In this document: positions 11,909 to 24,448 of the stretch, piece by piece
How positions within the stretch are numbered: position 1 is the stretch's first letter
Layout: each line of letters opens with the position of its first letter
Source: Mytilus trossulus
Taxonomy: Eukaryota
NCBI RefSeq assembly: GCF_036588685.1
Contig: NC_086374.1
Location: 45,880,001 to 45,944,000, forward strand
DNA: 64,000 nucleotides
Direction: 5' to 3'
Position numbers and translations under genes: made by a program
Notes under the pieces: model-generated
Databases searched by the model: none
Told to the model about the DNA's origin: nothing
Seen by the model: the letters and a program-made list of their open reading frames with translations, nothing else

Positions 11909-12624
11909 GGTGGACCCCATAGTTTATTAATATAAATAAGATATATATATATACAATATACATGAAGCATAAGTATCAATGCACTATAGATAAACTTTCA
12001 TAAGGAATTCTTTAGAAAAACCAGTAAATTGTGTTCAAAAATATGGGCTCTGTCATCAACGATCCCACCGGCCAGGAAAAGCTAACAAAAACGAGTTACC
12101 TCGGTTCAAACTAAATTTAAACTGCAGTCAAAAGACTACATTTTAAATAAAGTGGAAAATAATGGAACCCAAATGCTCGGAAGACCGTCTCGAGAGGTAC
12201 ACTTGGACTGTATATAACTGACTAAATATACTATATGAAATAATAAATCAAGTTTCTTTATAGTAAAATATAAATCCCTACTAAATACAAATTAGAATAA
12301 CAATTCAATTGAAAATGAAACTTATTTCACTGTTGTCCAGTCTGATTCTTGGCTAGAAGTGACCAACAAGGGAAAATATTCCCGCTAAATATCAGTATCA
12401 CCTGATACATATATGTATATACGTGTACATAAGTACCCGTATCAATAGTATTCACTAGTACCGTTATTACAATAATTTCCCACTATACTATCGAACTGTT
12501 GGAAATTATAAGTATCAACTTTACTAAATACTATTTCTAGGCATATCAATAAATACTAAATACTATATATAGCCGATAGCCCAGCAATACTTAAACCACA
12601 AAGAAAGGGCGGGCAAAGTTCAGT

Positions 12625-13639
12625 TTACAACCCAAGTGTTTGTGAAACTGACATTCTCTTTTCAAATGTATCATCTATGTACCCGTCTTTACTTGTGTCG
12701 GACTTCCACCTCCCGTGTCTCTTAATGCACCTTTCGTTCACATCAAACTGGGCATTAGCGGTAGCACCGCCTGAACGAAGAGAATGTAAACCTAGATTGT
12801 GATTCGGGGCGACAATTCTAATTCTCTTTTGACAATATTCTCTTTAGCTGATGTGTAACTCATCTTCTTATTCTTATGTATCAATTTTTCTATACCCTTA
12901 TATCTAAATAAAGGTATAAAAACAAATAAATCAGATTTCTCATCTAGACTAGCTAACTTAATATATCTATTGTACATTTTGAATGGACAAGCTAAAGTTC
13001 TACCTATTGAAATCAACATTTTATTACCCTGTCGGTATTGATCAGTTTTACTACGTGAAATGTGTATCTCTAAATAATCATCGAAAACTGTGATATCTTT
13101 ACATTTTAAGGAGGTAAGCTCATCGTAACGCAAAAACCCTGAATAACCTATCAAAATCATGGTCAAATCACGAACTATCAATAAATCTTCTGACCTTTCG
13201 TACAATGAACATAAAGCAATAAGAATATTATTGTTAATTGGATCCTTTTTGACAACTGGTCTACCGTTCAAACGTTTTACAGATTCGGTCAGTGATTTAA
13301 CATACGAATTGTTAGTAGGATCGTTGAAGCCATTAAGTTCATGGGCCCATTTGATAGAATATACAGCGGAGTCTATAACAGTGGGAGAACAATGTTTATC
13401 AATAAGATATGTCAAATAAAGCGCGACATGAACTGGGTTAGCAGGTAATTCTGACATGTTGTGCTCATTTATAAAAGTTTTTCATCGTTTGAAACCATAA
13501 AAGTACTTTTTACTGGTATTTTCGGCTTTGGATTCCACAACAAAGCTGGACATCGTGTTGGCTCAATTCCTAAGTTTGTTGTCCGGGGATATACCACTGT
13601 TGTCTATGGCATCCTGGACGTTTTGTTTCAATCTTAAAC
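12625..13639 (-). pseudogene. Tyrosine recombinase (phage-integrase family) of the DIRS-order element, disrupted
   Basis: N-terminal SKAENTSKKYFYGFKR*K. Catalytic set FLRYDE (R), SKTDQ (K), then after a frameshift near 12800 LHSLRSGGAT (HxxR), RHGRWKSD and DGYID (Y), ending SQTLGL* at 12625. Two in-frame stops occur upstream of 13457. Confidence 0.93.
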
Positions 13640-13695
13640 CTGCAAATAATATTGATCACATTAAAATTCTAGTTTGATTGCTAACATATGAAATC

Positions 13696-15560
13696 TCAGA
13701 ACACGTTCACCAAATACGCCATGTTTACCACTACCTTTAACGACTGAGTGCAGGTTTGGTAAAAAAGTTTTCCCTTTATAAATTTGATGAGATAGCTCGA
13801 TGCGAATAGCAACGGCCAAAATGGAGCTGATATCCATTCCGGTATAACAAGCGTGCTGTTGGCCTTATCGTTTTCTATTTTGCGCACGACCATGGAAATG
13901 AGTGTTCCAGTTTTGACTGAATGCGTCAACTGCTTCCGTACCGGGACACCATATTTTAGAATTAAATCGTTCACGCTTTGTATTATAGTGTTTTGCGAAT
14001 CTGTCTATTGTATATGGACCCCATAAGCTATTGGTTTCATCAAATATATCAGAATGAATAGCCCAATCATCGTGATCAGTGTGTCGACTGAGCTTGTCTG
14101 CGTGTGTGTTGTTCTCTCTCGGAACCCATTGTGTAATTATGTTTATATTGCTATCAACACACGTTTGTTTAATGTCAATAGCTATATCTTGTAATTTCTG
14201 TTTCTTACTTCCTACTCTCAATATGTGAGGTACGTTTTGATTGTCTGTATAAATTTTGACGGTTTTGTCACTAAATGTATTATCAAAAGTTTGTACAAAC
14301 CTATTGACGCATTCTAATTCGCGCCATGTGGAACTTTCGTTCCTTTTTCGTTCTGTCCAGTTACCGGAATTTCCTTGCAAAAATGTTTTGCATTCAAATC
14401 TGAGGCTAAATAACCACCAAAGCCTACATCTGAGGCGTCACAAAACATTTCTATATCAACAATATCTAACTGATCGACTTTATTAATGTCGACTCCAGCA
14501 TTATTGAGCTTTTGCAATGAAATAGACCAAAAATGTATTTCATTAATTGCTTTTTTGCAAATCTTGACTGGTGCATCCCAACTTGCTCTACTCATGATAC
14601 AATCATAAAGGTATCTAGTGTTCAATCTAACTAAGTCACCAATGACTATCTGCATAGATATCAACTGACCAACAATACTAGCTAAAAATCTAGATCCAAA
14701 TAATTCTACCCCTTCGTTTGTTTCTTCTATTAAAAATCTAATCTTTTTCTCAGTTTTCATAATTCTATCTTCATTAACAAATATGTTATCTATATTTGTA
14801 TCCCAAGTATACCCTAGCCATTTTAATCTCTGGCTTGGTAACCAAAAACACTTCTCATGTGCAATCAAAAAACCCACATTCTATAGTTTATATTTAACTA
14901 TTTGACTGCTCTCTGTGCATTTCTAAAAATTGCTATCTCCACCCAACCCATCGTCTAGAAACATTATTATCCTTTTGCCTTCAGATCGAAAATGCTTTAA
15001 GTACTTTTGTAAATATGTACCCTGCAGTTGATATACCGAAAGGAAGTACATTGAAAACAAAATATCTCGTATTACCATCAAAATTCCAAGCAAAACCTAA
15101 AAAGTTCTGTGAATATCTGAGATATCCAAATGATGATAAGCAGATCTAATATCGAAACTAATAAATAATCTCCTTTTTGAAAGAGATATCTTGCTATCTT
15201 AGTATCCTCGTACTTGTATCTAAATTTAAACAGATGTGGATTCAAACGCCTTTAATCTAGTACTAATCTTGGTTTATCTTCATTAAATGCTACTGTAAGC
15301 GGATTTATTACAATTGGTTTCGAATAAACCTCAGAAATGCACCTTTTTTGAAGAAGCTTGTGAATTTCTTCAACAACAAATTCTGCATTGTTTAAAGATG
15401 ATCTGTTATTTTTCAAATGCTTAACCTCTAGTTCCATTTTCAATTGTAACTTATACCCGTTTTCAATAACTAGTAGTAATAGCTTTCCATTCATGTAATT
15501 TTGACTTCAGTTTACCTACTGGTGAGACAGGTATATCAACTTCTAGTAAAAAGTTATCAC
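13696..15560 (-). pseudogene. pol of the DIRS-order element: reverse transcriptase, RNase H and DAM-type methyltransferase-like domain, frameshifted
   Basis: RT: INPLTVA..KPRLVLD, FDIRSAYHHLDI, FVFNVLPFGISTAGYIFTK, IMFLDDGLG (~14940-14965), WLGYTWD. RNase H: FCDASDVGFGG, SSTWRELE, IYTDNQ, QWVPRENNTHADKLSR. MT: DDWAI, WGPYTIDRFA, FNSKIWCPGTEAVDAFSQNW, TLVIPEWISAPFWPLL. Confidence 0.92.
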
Positions 15561-15579
15561 CAATGACACTTGGTTTCGA

Positions 15580-16250
15580 TTACGTAATTTCTATCGTATG
15601 TTTATCTTCTACTATGTTTACATTTGCACTGAATGAATTTTCATCTTGACCAATATAACATTTTTTCATATTATAATACAAATTAGTACTTTCAAAATTT
15701 TTAAATATACTTATCTTATCTTTCTTCTCCGGACAATCATTCGCCCAATGGCCCTTGTTGACACAATTGAAACATCTCCCTGTTCTCCAAGTTGGGGTTG
15801 GATCTCTCTCTTTGGTGGAATAGGGCACCTTCCTGACCGTCTTCGTTGACTTTTTCAGCTTGTCTGACTTGCTCCTACGTTCAACTCTATTTTGCACTTT
15901 TATCATTTTCTTTTCATCTTCGGAGTCGTCTGCAATTGGGTTAGTTGTGTACTGCTTCACGACTCTCCAACCCAATTCGGATGAATCAACGAGTTTAATG
16001 ATAAATCTGGTCCGTCTAACTGTGATTTTGCCTCCGTTAACTTCGTCAGGACTTTAACCTCGTGCTTGTACTGGTATTCGTTCCCCTTCCGTTGGAAAGT
16101 ATAATTCTCCGACAAAGTCTCCTCAATCTTGAAAATCTGGGATTGACTGATATCTCGTTGAGACTGCTGGATATTTCCCTGGAATGTGGATAGCCTGTTA
16201 TCTATCAAAGCGGTGATTTGGTTAAGGTTATCTTGTTGTAAGGCAGATAC
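15580..16250 (-). pseudogene. gag-like ORF of the DIRS-order element with CCHC zinc knuckle
   Basis: FQRKGNEYQYKH, DSSELGWRVVKQY..NPIADDSEDEKK, CFNCVNKGHWANDC (CX2CX4HX4C). A frameshift or deletion occurs near 16000. Confidence 0.85.
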
Positions 16251-16676
16251 ACACGGTAATCATTTTCGTTGGTTGCAGTCGAATCTCGCTGCATCCAATC
16301 AACAAAAAAAGCGCCGATAATATGATCACGTGTAAATGTAGAAAGTGTATTACATGTAAGTAAACAGTTGTCACGTGCTTATTGTGCAACAAGTCTTAAC
16401 ATCCATAATAAACATACGACTATATTTAGTGACAATTAGAATGTTTTTAATTATCTGAAAGAAGTTCATGTGTATGTTTCTTGCGCATATGCACGAATGT
16501 CAACGTATATTTTCGTTTCCTGCTTTACCAAGTATGTAGAATTTAGACGCTTCCGTGTTTTTACATATCGAAGAGTTAAAAATTTCTCAATAATAATGTA
16601 TTCGGAACGAGCGTGACTTTAATCTACCGATAGATGGCGCAACATTGTTATCACAAATGTTGGCCATTAGTTTTCT

Positions 16677-16851
16677 CGGTTGAATTGTTTTACATTGTCA
16701 TATATTGGCCTTTTATAGCTGACTATGCGGTATGGGCTTCGCTCATTGTTGAAGGTCGTGCGGTGACCTATAGTTGTTAATGTGTGTGTCATTTTGCTCT
16801 CTTGTGGACAGTTGTCCCATTTGCAATCATACCACATCTTCTTTTTTATAT
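16677..16851 (-). repeat. Abundant ~170-bp dispersed repeat (SINE/Helitron-like; other copies ~50591-50757 plus, ~59217-59392, ~48105-48220 minus, partial ~34690-34775)
   Basis: Reverse complement of gaagatgtggtatgattgccaatgagaca...ttcaacaatgagcaaagcccataccgcatagtcagctataaaag seen at 50591-50757. Confidence 0.85.
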
Positions 16852-19800
16852 TAATCTGCCAAGGATGGAGAGGAGGGAAGTGGATCGTAACCCTTGGCCA
16901 GCGAATATGTGAAGATTCATATATATCTTCATAACTGTTTTCTACATATTTCTAACATTTATCACCACGACATTGAACACTACCTTGCAAACTTTACAAA
17001 TAAAATTTAAAAAAATCATAATACCATAAAGACATTTTTGCTGCACATTATTGGATTTATGTAACAATTTTTTTCAGGTTAACAAATTTTAACTTATGTC
17101 ATATCATATTGTTTCATGCAAATTTGCCCAAAATAAAAGTGATGTACAAAACTTAAATTAATGAAAACGTGATGTAGAAAATTGAGCAGCTAAATAAAAG
17201 CCACATTAGTATACCGCTGTTCTAATAGACTCATAAATCGATTGAGGAAAAAAACAAATCCGGGCTACATCCTAAAACTCAGAGAAACACATCAAATATA
17301 AGAATAGAACTACGACACAACAGAAACACAACACTAAAATGTAACATACACAGAAACGAACTATAATATAACAATGGCAATATTCATGACTTGGGACAGG
17401 ACATTTAAGAAACAAATTATCGGTTAAACCTGGTTTTGTGGCTAGGCAAACCTCCCGCTTTTATGGCAATGTTATTTTTTTTTGTATACGAAGTGATGTT
17501 TGATTTTTATTGTAAAGCTGAACTTGTAACTTAAAAATCAGTTATTGACGTTGGAAGTGTATTTTAACTGCTCTTTTTGTTATTTGTCACTCATATATCA
17601 TGTAGGACGAGACATCGAGCATTAAGCTTTTTCTCTGATTTTAAGACGTACTAAATATGAGTAAAAAGAGATATTTGTTAGTGTGCATATATAAAGGGAA
17701 ATGCAATTCACTTAATATTATAGAGATCTAGAGATCATTAATCGATTTTCAACAACAACCAAATGCCTATACCGTTGTCAAGATTTTAAACTAACATCGT
17801 GTCTTCATAAACTTTCAATAAACCGATGCAATGGAGATACCCGCGTAAAATCTGCCATTTGCATAAAATTCTTTCAAATAAAACTTTGAACAGACAAATC
17901 GCAGACGCTTTTTATGGCCTTCAACAAATGCATCAAAATACGACACGTTTAATTGAATTACCAGTCATTTTTTTTATCAATTGATTAACAAATAGTATAG
18001 AGCCAATGACAATACATGGTCCAATTAAAATGTTTTTCATTACGACATGATATTGATTTTTAAAGGCGAAATATATTCGAGTTAACAAATACTATAAGTA
18101 TCAAATTCTTAGTGATAGGAGACACCACTCAGGTGTCTCGGTCTGAAATGAATTCCGTTGCTAACCCATTCGCACAAAGGTGTTATTTGTGTTAAATACC
18201 TACAACAACAAAAAACGGCAACCATTATTATGGACCAGGTTTTGAATGTTTTTTATTTGTTTTTATAATAAGCATAATGATTGTTTTTCTTGCTAAGAAG
18301 CATTTTGACAACCAAATAGCCAATATAAACCTTAAATGAAAGATGGGTTTTATTTTTTTTATTTTAAGGTAACAAAGAAATATATTTATATCCGGACTAT
18401 TGGAATATTTAATTGTCACTCTTTCCAATTCATTGAGAAAAAACTTGAAAGTTGTCAACGCATACGGTTTTTTTAGTACATTAAAAGTGCATCGAAATAT
18501 ATCAAAGGGAAATTCAAACTCATAAGTCCAAATAAACTGACAACTCAATGACTTAAAACGAAAAGATAAACAGACAAAAAACAGTACACAAAACACAAAA
18601 CATAACACAGAAAACTTAAAACAAAGCTTAACACAAAACTAGGGTTAATCTGATGTGCTCCGGAATAGTTAGCAGATGCTACTTCAGATGTGGCACCCTC
18701 GTGTTGCTTATATAAGTACAAACCATTTGAAAAGTTTAATTCGGTAGGTCACATTTAGGGAAACGAGGAAGGGATTGTTTAAAGCGGAACTCATCTCTTT
18801 TGTCGTAAATTTCTGTTTTCCACCTACAATCATTGTCAATTTCTATAAGTAAATCAAGATATGAGAACAACTTAACTGTTTATGTTGTATCTTTTATCTA
18901 AAGTTCGATGGAATAGATACGACAGTGATACATGTACGAGTGAAAAATCAACCATTCACATAAAATAAGTCAGGTATTAGTCTTTGTAAGAATTTGGCAA
19001 TTAGGCAAAACATGACAGAAAAAAGCCTGCCAGCAGTACCATCTTATTAAAAAGTAAGCCTCATTCAAAGTTACAGCATTTGTTTAACGCGTGTCTGGTA
19101 ATTTCAGAAATCTCTAGATATGTTTTCATTATATTGATAGTAAATGTTAGCTACCTTTAATTAGTGATTTCTAGTACATTTCAACCAAATCATATCTTGA
19201 AATATCAAAACAGGAAAAGCAACATAATGTTATATCCGTGCACCATCAAAATATTGAACTTAAATTTATGAAAACTTTTTCGTTTATTATGTTTTTGGCA
19301 CTGCTTGATTCTTTGGCATATTTTCACTCAGAACCTGAACGATCCAACGAAGTTAATTTTAACATTTTTTTTTTATATATACATGTATATCCCACTGCAT
19401 TTACAACACTGCTCTACCCTTTTCATTCCAATCGTCAATGTGTGCTGCTCATAATGCCAAGCATCTTCACACAAAAAGGATGATTTAAAAAACATCATTT
19501 TTAACTTTGAGAAAATATAATTTTCAATTATTTTCATATGGAATAGTAGTACTATATGGTAGTAAGTTTAATGCTGCATTTCATATTATGAATATAACAT
19601 ACCGTAGCAGAACATTTGAATTTCTTTTGAGTATTTTGGTCATGGATTGTATTTAAAATTAATGGTGCATTTTGCACTGAGCTATTAAATTTTAGGACCG
19701 ATACCAAGAACTTATAGATTTCTGGAAATTTTTTAAAGATCCTTTGTTAGGATAAATCCAATACATTATTTCAAGTTCTTATTCAATATTTACACTAATA

Positions 19801-21139
19801 CGCAAAACTTTAAACGCTATTATAATCAAACAGAACTCGGCCTTGTTTAGTCAGATAACAATCACAAATGTATTTTTGAAAAATTGGTAATAGAATTTGA
19901 GAGATACTAGACAATAATGACAGTTCACAAAACAATTAATATAAGCACATTAGACAGACGTATTATAGCAGACATTTTAAAGGAAGAAAACATTTTGTTC
20001 AAGCTAGATTTTAAAATTCTTAATACGGGAACAAAAAAGATCAAGACAATGAAAAAACAAGCAAATGAAACAAACAAGCAAAGAAACAAAAACAAATTTT
20101 TGTAATGAAAAAAGTGGATAAGACAATTGCAACATTCACACATTAACGTTATAATAAAGATGAACTTGCAAAGATGCAGGAACAAGCAATAGAAAATCAT
20201 ATGATGAATACATCATCAATAATTAGTTTGATTGAGATCTGGAGGTAGTACGATAGTAAGTGCAAGTGGTCGGACTGTCTTTTGCTTATTTATTTATCAT
20301 TGTCATTTTGCTAAGTTTCTTTTGTTACCTATTCTGAGATCTGATTTGGACTGCTTTTTGGTTGAAAATTACTGTGCGTCTTAATGTGTGTTTATTCATT
20401 CTTCATTGGCTAGAGGTATGGCGTTTAGATCACACACAACATGCTTAATCCCGTCGCAATTTTGCACCAGGCCCAATTCCGAATTCTCTGGCCTTATTAG
20501 TTTTGTATTTTTAATGTTAGTTTAATGTAATGATACATATTTTATAGTACTGATAAATAATTAATTCCGGGTCGAATCTGATTTCTTTACAAATTTGTTT
20601 TGTATCTTACTCATTTAACAGAAGCAACAGCTGGGGTTATTGTGTAAAGGATGACATTTAATACATTTAACCGGTAAATATCTAATGCTTTAATTGCCAA
20701 CCTAGTTTCCAAGCCTGACCTTGACGGGTATTACTATCCGAAATTTAACCTTCTTCCAAAAATACAATGCAATAAAACATACGAAAACACTCATCTGATT
20801 CGCTTCTCCGAATAATGAAAAAAATGCAAAATATCAAAACAATTACATGTGTATACAAAGTAGTGGATAATGTCACCCGGATGCTGCACAAATTCATTGA
20901 CAACAAACTGGAAACTGGTAAGGACATACTTGGACTCCAAACCAATACCCCTATATGCTAAGTTTTAGGAAAAAATAGGACGGATTTAAATAGAAAAATT
21001 GTAAAAGCACAAAAAACGATGCATCTTATAATCATTATAAAATTGAGAATGGAAATGGAAATCATTATGAATTTATTAGTTGACAATACGAATACTAAAA
21101 ATCCAGACTGGAATAAGAAAAGCTTTAAGTTTTGTCAAC

Positions 21140-21480
21140 AGGACATTTTTTTTAAATTACCATATAGTTGATTTTCATGTCAACACTGAAGTGCTGACTA
21201 CTAAGCTGGTGATACCCTCGGAGACGAAACGTCCACCAGCATTGGCATCGACCCAGTGGTGTAAAAAGTTATCAAAGGTACCAAGATTATAATTTAAAAC
21301 GTCAGACGCACGTTTTGTCTACAGAAGACTCATCAGTGACGCTCAGATAAAAAATTATAAGCCGAAGAGTTGAAGAGCATTGACGATTAATATTGCATAA
21401 AGTTGTGCCAAATACGGCTAAGGTAATTTATTCCTTGGATAAGAAAATCTTGAGTTTTTCGAAAATTTTAAGTTTTGTAA
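21140..21480 (+). repeat. Dispersed repeat family (related copies ~26470-26710, ~33290-33685, ~63380-63510 minus; ~55230-55350 plus)
   Basis: Shared blocks cactgaagtgctgactact, agactcatcagtgacgctc and gaagttgaagagcattga occur in several places and orientations. Confidence 0.65.
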
Positions 21481-22436
21481 ACCATTGTCGAGACATTAGC
21501 CCATTCATTTACCTTGAATTCTTTTTTTTCCTAGAATCAACGCTGCCTCAATCTGTCGCTGAAATGGACTCACCAAATTATATTCAATTGTTTCCTTTGT
21601 GAGCCTTAAGTTTGAACTGGCTAAAATAATTTATTTCTGGTCACTAATGGAAATATTAAAAAACATACCTTTAATTTTTGTGATTTCTATATGCCTTTGC
21701 TAGTAATCGAACCCTATGTCTTCCTTGAAATCTGTTAAATCTATGTGTGACTGGTATCAACATATCGACGAAACCTCTCAAGTACCAATGGGTTATTATT
21801 TAAATGTCGAAATTATATGCATAAATGAACATGTTATATATTACAATCGTATATATAGTATAAGTTGGTAGCCGCGAAGTTAGCATTGTGAAGATCAATT
21901 ATATCAGTGCAAGGAATGAACTTGTCTGTAAGGTTTGAAGCCGTGTGTTCTCTTAATAAACGTGATTTATCGTTTATTTTTTGGATTATTATTGGCTATT
22001 TCAAGTAGTTGAAACGAAAACATTGCATTCTATTCTCCAATTTTGTTTGATAAATAAAGTATGTCACAATCTGTACCATGTAATCTGTTTTACTACATAG
22101 TTTTACAAAATTTATGTTTATTCGCTCTTCCTGTGCGAAAAATCGTGATGGGCCTAGAATTAGGCATCTTGCTAGAAATTCCGGTAACCTACCTTTTATG
22201 TATACTTTATAAATGCTATTTTATCGTTTTGTTGTCTATTTGACACATACCCCATTACCAATCAATTTTATTAGAAATAAGTTTGAATATATCTTATTTT
22301 GTCAAAACAGAAAATATTTAGTTGCCTGATAATATACGGATCTTTTGCAGAGATTTTGTGTATATTTGTAATTTTTTAACCAATTAATTGTGATCTTAGA
22401 TTTATCAATGCATTGTTGGACAACTATTCTCAAAGT

Positions 22437-22794
22437 AAAATGTGCATGTATTGCAATGATCAACATTTCCCTGCAGATTGTAAAAAGTTCATCGACAGCA
22501 AGTCAAGAATGGAGATTGTAAAGAAGAGAAACCTATGTTTCAATTGTTTGGATAAATTGCTCATTGAGACTTTAATTGCAAAAAAACGCGGCCCCGAGTA
22601 TGTCGAGGACAAATAGAGACTATCACAGTACGCGGGAATCATGTATATATACTTGTACAAAATGTTCTAATACTCGATAGCGCTACTATATGGAACGTGA
22701 GGGTTACTATTTGTTTATGTCATTGTATTGTCAGCATTAAATTAATCATTAGTATAGTCTTTTTCTCACTTCATAACACATCGCATTCTACACA
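22437..22794 (+). mobile_element. Internally deleted BEL/Pao LTR-retrotransposon relic (gag zinc-knuckle fragment joined to 3' LTR-like segment)
   Basis: CMYCNDQHFPADC..F......R...VKKRNLCFNCL is the BEL/Pao gag knuckle pattern. It is followed by RGPEYV running into a TGT...ACA bounded ~194-bp segment (22601-22794) with an ATTAAA. Confidence 0.6.
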
Positions 22795-23873
22795 GTCGGG
22801 ATTCTACTTTGTCAAAATTATCTCCCCATTACGCCAAGTTCATTTTCACAATCGTATGAATGGAAGCTATTGTAGGGATGATGCGCGGCCAATTTTGCTC
22901 TTGAAAACCGATAAATTTATCCACAAAGAATCATAACGATCCTTATATGTGAGTTGTATTTTAAAAGACAAATGTACCTACAAGCTAGCCAGCATCAGTA
23001 ATGGATCTTGTCTGCATTGATTCAACTTAAACTATTGTTTGATCGGTTGTCAGGTGGAATTTTCGAAAATTCATAAACATTTAAAAAAAATCTAATTAAA
23101 TATTTCGTGGAAGAGAAGACTAGTTGTTTGTAGTGGTTAAAGACTATAAACTCTAGTTATCACACACACAAAATTGATTTTTTTCAAAGATAATGCATTT
23201 TCATCATCAAACTTAAAAGACTGTCGTCAAGAACTTTTAATGAAAAAAATGCTATTCGAACACACCTTTTCTGATTTTGTGATTCATTAGAAAGGTACAT
23301 TTGTATTTCACTTGACCCATAGTTCATCTTTTAGTTCTGTGATTTTTTTTTATGTTATAAAGTCAACCTGTAGCTTTGATATATATAAATGATAGATTCT
23401 GAAGCGAAATGATGTATCAAATATTCTTGCTTTGTACGATTTCAAAGACAAAATATTCAACTCAAAATCGCCCTAACATAAAAAGGTGCATTCGACTTTC
23501 TCTTTTCGATACAATTGTTACCCATTTCGGATTTTTTTTTCTTTTGGCTGAATTAATAGATTGATATGTTCTCCATCCGTGGACAAATAAATTAAAATCG
23601 AAGGTTATGCATTTTCTACATTTAATTTGATAGATACCCATGTCGTCGACTTGATATCTAATTATTCTGCTTAACTATGTAATAGATCAATTGAAATATG
23701 CAAATGCCATGGTGTTTCTGAAATAAAACACTTCGTAATTGAGAGAAAATTGTAATTTTAATTGTTTCTATTAACTTTTAAAACTTTTGTTACCATAGTA
23801 AACATTACAGTAAGCATTTAACGCCTCCTCGAACAAAGAGCTTCGATTTTTTTGTTCTATTTTAACAGTTTAA

Positions 23874-24448
23874 GGTTCATCATAACCTTTTGGCTAATAT
23901 GGCCGTATTTACACCCCAAATTTTACTCTGAGTACAGACTAACCTATGCACGTGCAACAGTTTTAAGGGATGGCAGGAACTAGATATATAAATTTTAAAT
24001 GCATTTTATGTTTAAGAAAATTATAAACTTTTCTAGATTTTGACTTCCAGTTTTTTTCGTTCCAGCAGAAGGTGCAAAAATTAACTAAGTAGTGAAAACG
24101 ATTGAGAAGCTCCCCTAATATAATCAATGTTGTGAGTAGTATTGATTTAAATGGACAATGGATGGACAATAGACACCTGTAAACAATAGGTGATTTAAAC
24201 TGTGTAACTGAGTGGACCGTATCAAATGAAAATCGGGTGTTTGTTTGCTATCTTCTGCAGACTGGAAAAAACTGGACATGAAAATCTAGGTAAGTTTTTA
24301 ATTTTCTGAAACGTAGATTTCGTTTAACTTTTATATATCTAGTTCCTGTCATGCCTTAAAACTTTCCTGGAAGTACCAGTTTGTCTGTACTCATAGTAGT
24401 TTTTTAGGAGTAAACACGGCCATATTTTTCAATTCCTTATGATGAACC
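23874..24448. mobile_element. TTAA-flanked TIR element (Kolobok-like MITE), outer
   Basis: TTAA|GGTTCATCATAA ... TTATGATGAACC|TTAA. Inverted similarity continues ~90 bp inward (aatatggccgt, tgagtacagac). Confidence 0.8.
23967..24355. mobile_element. TTAA-flanked TIR element (Kolobok-like MITE), inner/nested
   Basis: TTAA|GGGATGGCAGGAACTAGATATATAAA ... TTTATATATCTAGTTCCTGTCATGCC|TTAA. Confidence 0.7.

Larger units (their letters stand above)
11829..16250 (-). mobile_element. DIRS-order (tyrosine recombinase) retrotransposon, PAT-like architecture, 5'-truncated and decayed
   Basis: Domain order on minus is gag(CCHC)-RT-RNase H-methyltransferase-YR. An 80-bp direct repeat lies at the 3' end (12512-12591 and 11829-11908). 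Multiple stops and frameshifts. Confidence 0.92.
11795..16909. mobile_element. TIR DNA-transposon shell (MULE/Mutator-like by 9-bp TSD) containing a DIRS-order retroelement and a short dispersed repeat
   Basis: Left TIR catctttgctagccaagggttatgatccacctcc (11795-11828) matches the reverse complement of 16876-16909 at 29/34. Flanking direct repeat tgaatattc (11786-11794) / tgaagattc (16910-16918) matches at 8/9. Confidence 0.7.

Noticed and set aside
11795-16909. Reading the 34-bp inverted repeats as DIRS1-type ITRs
   Set aside because: They are flanked by a 9-bp TSD, which YR integration does not produce. No internal complementary region was found, and the retroelement has its own direct repeats.
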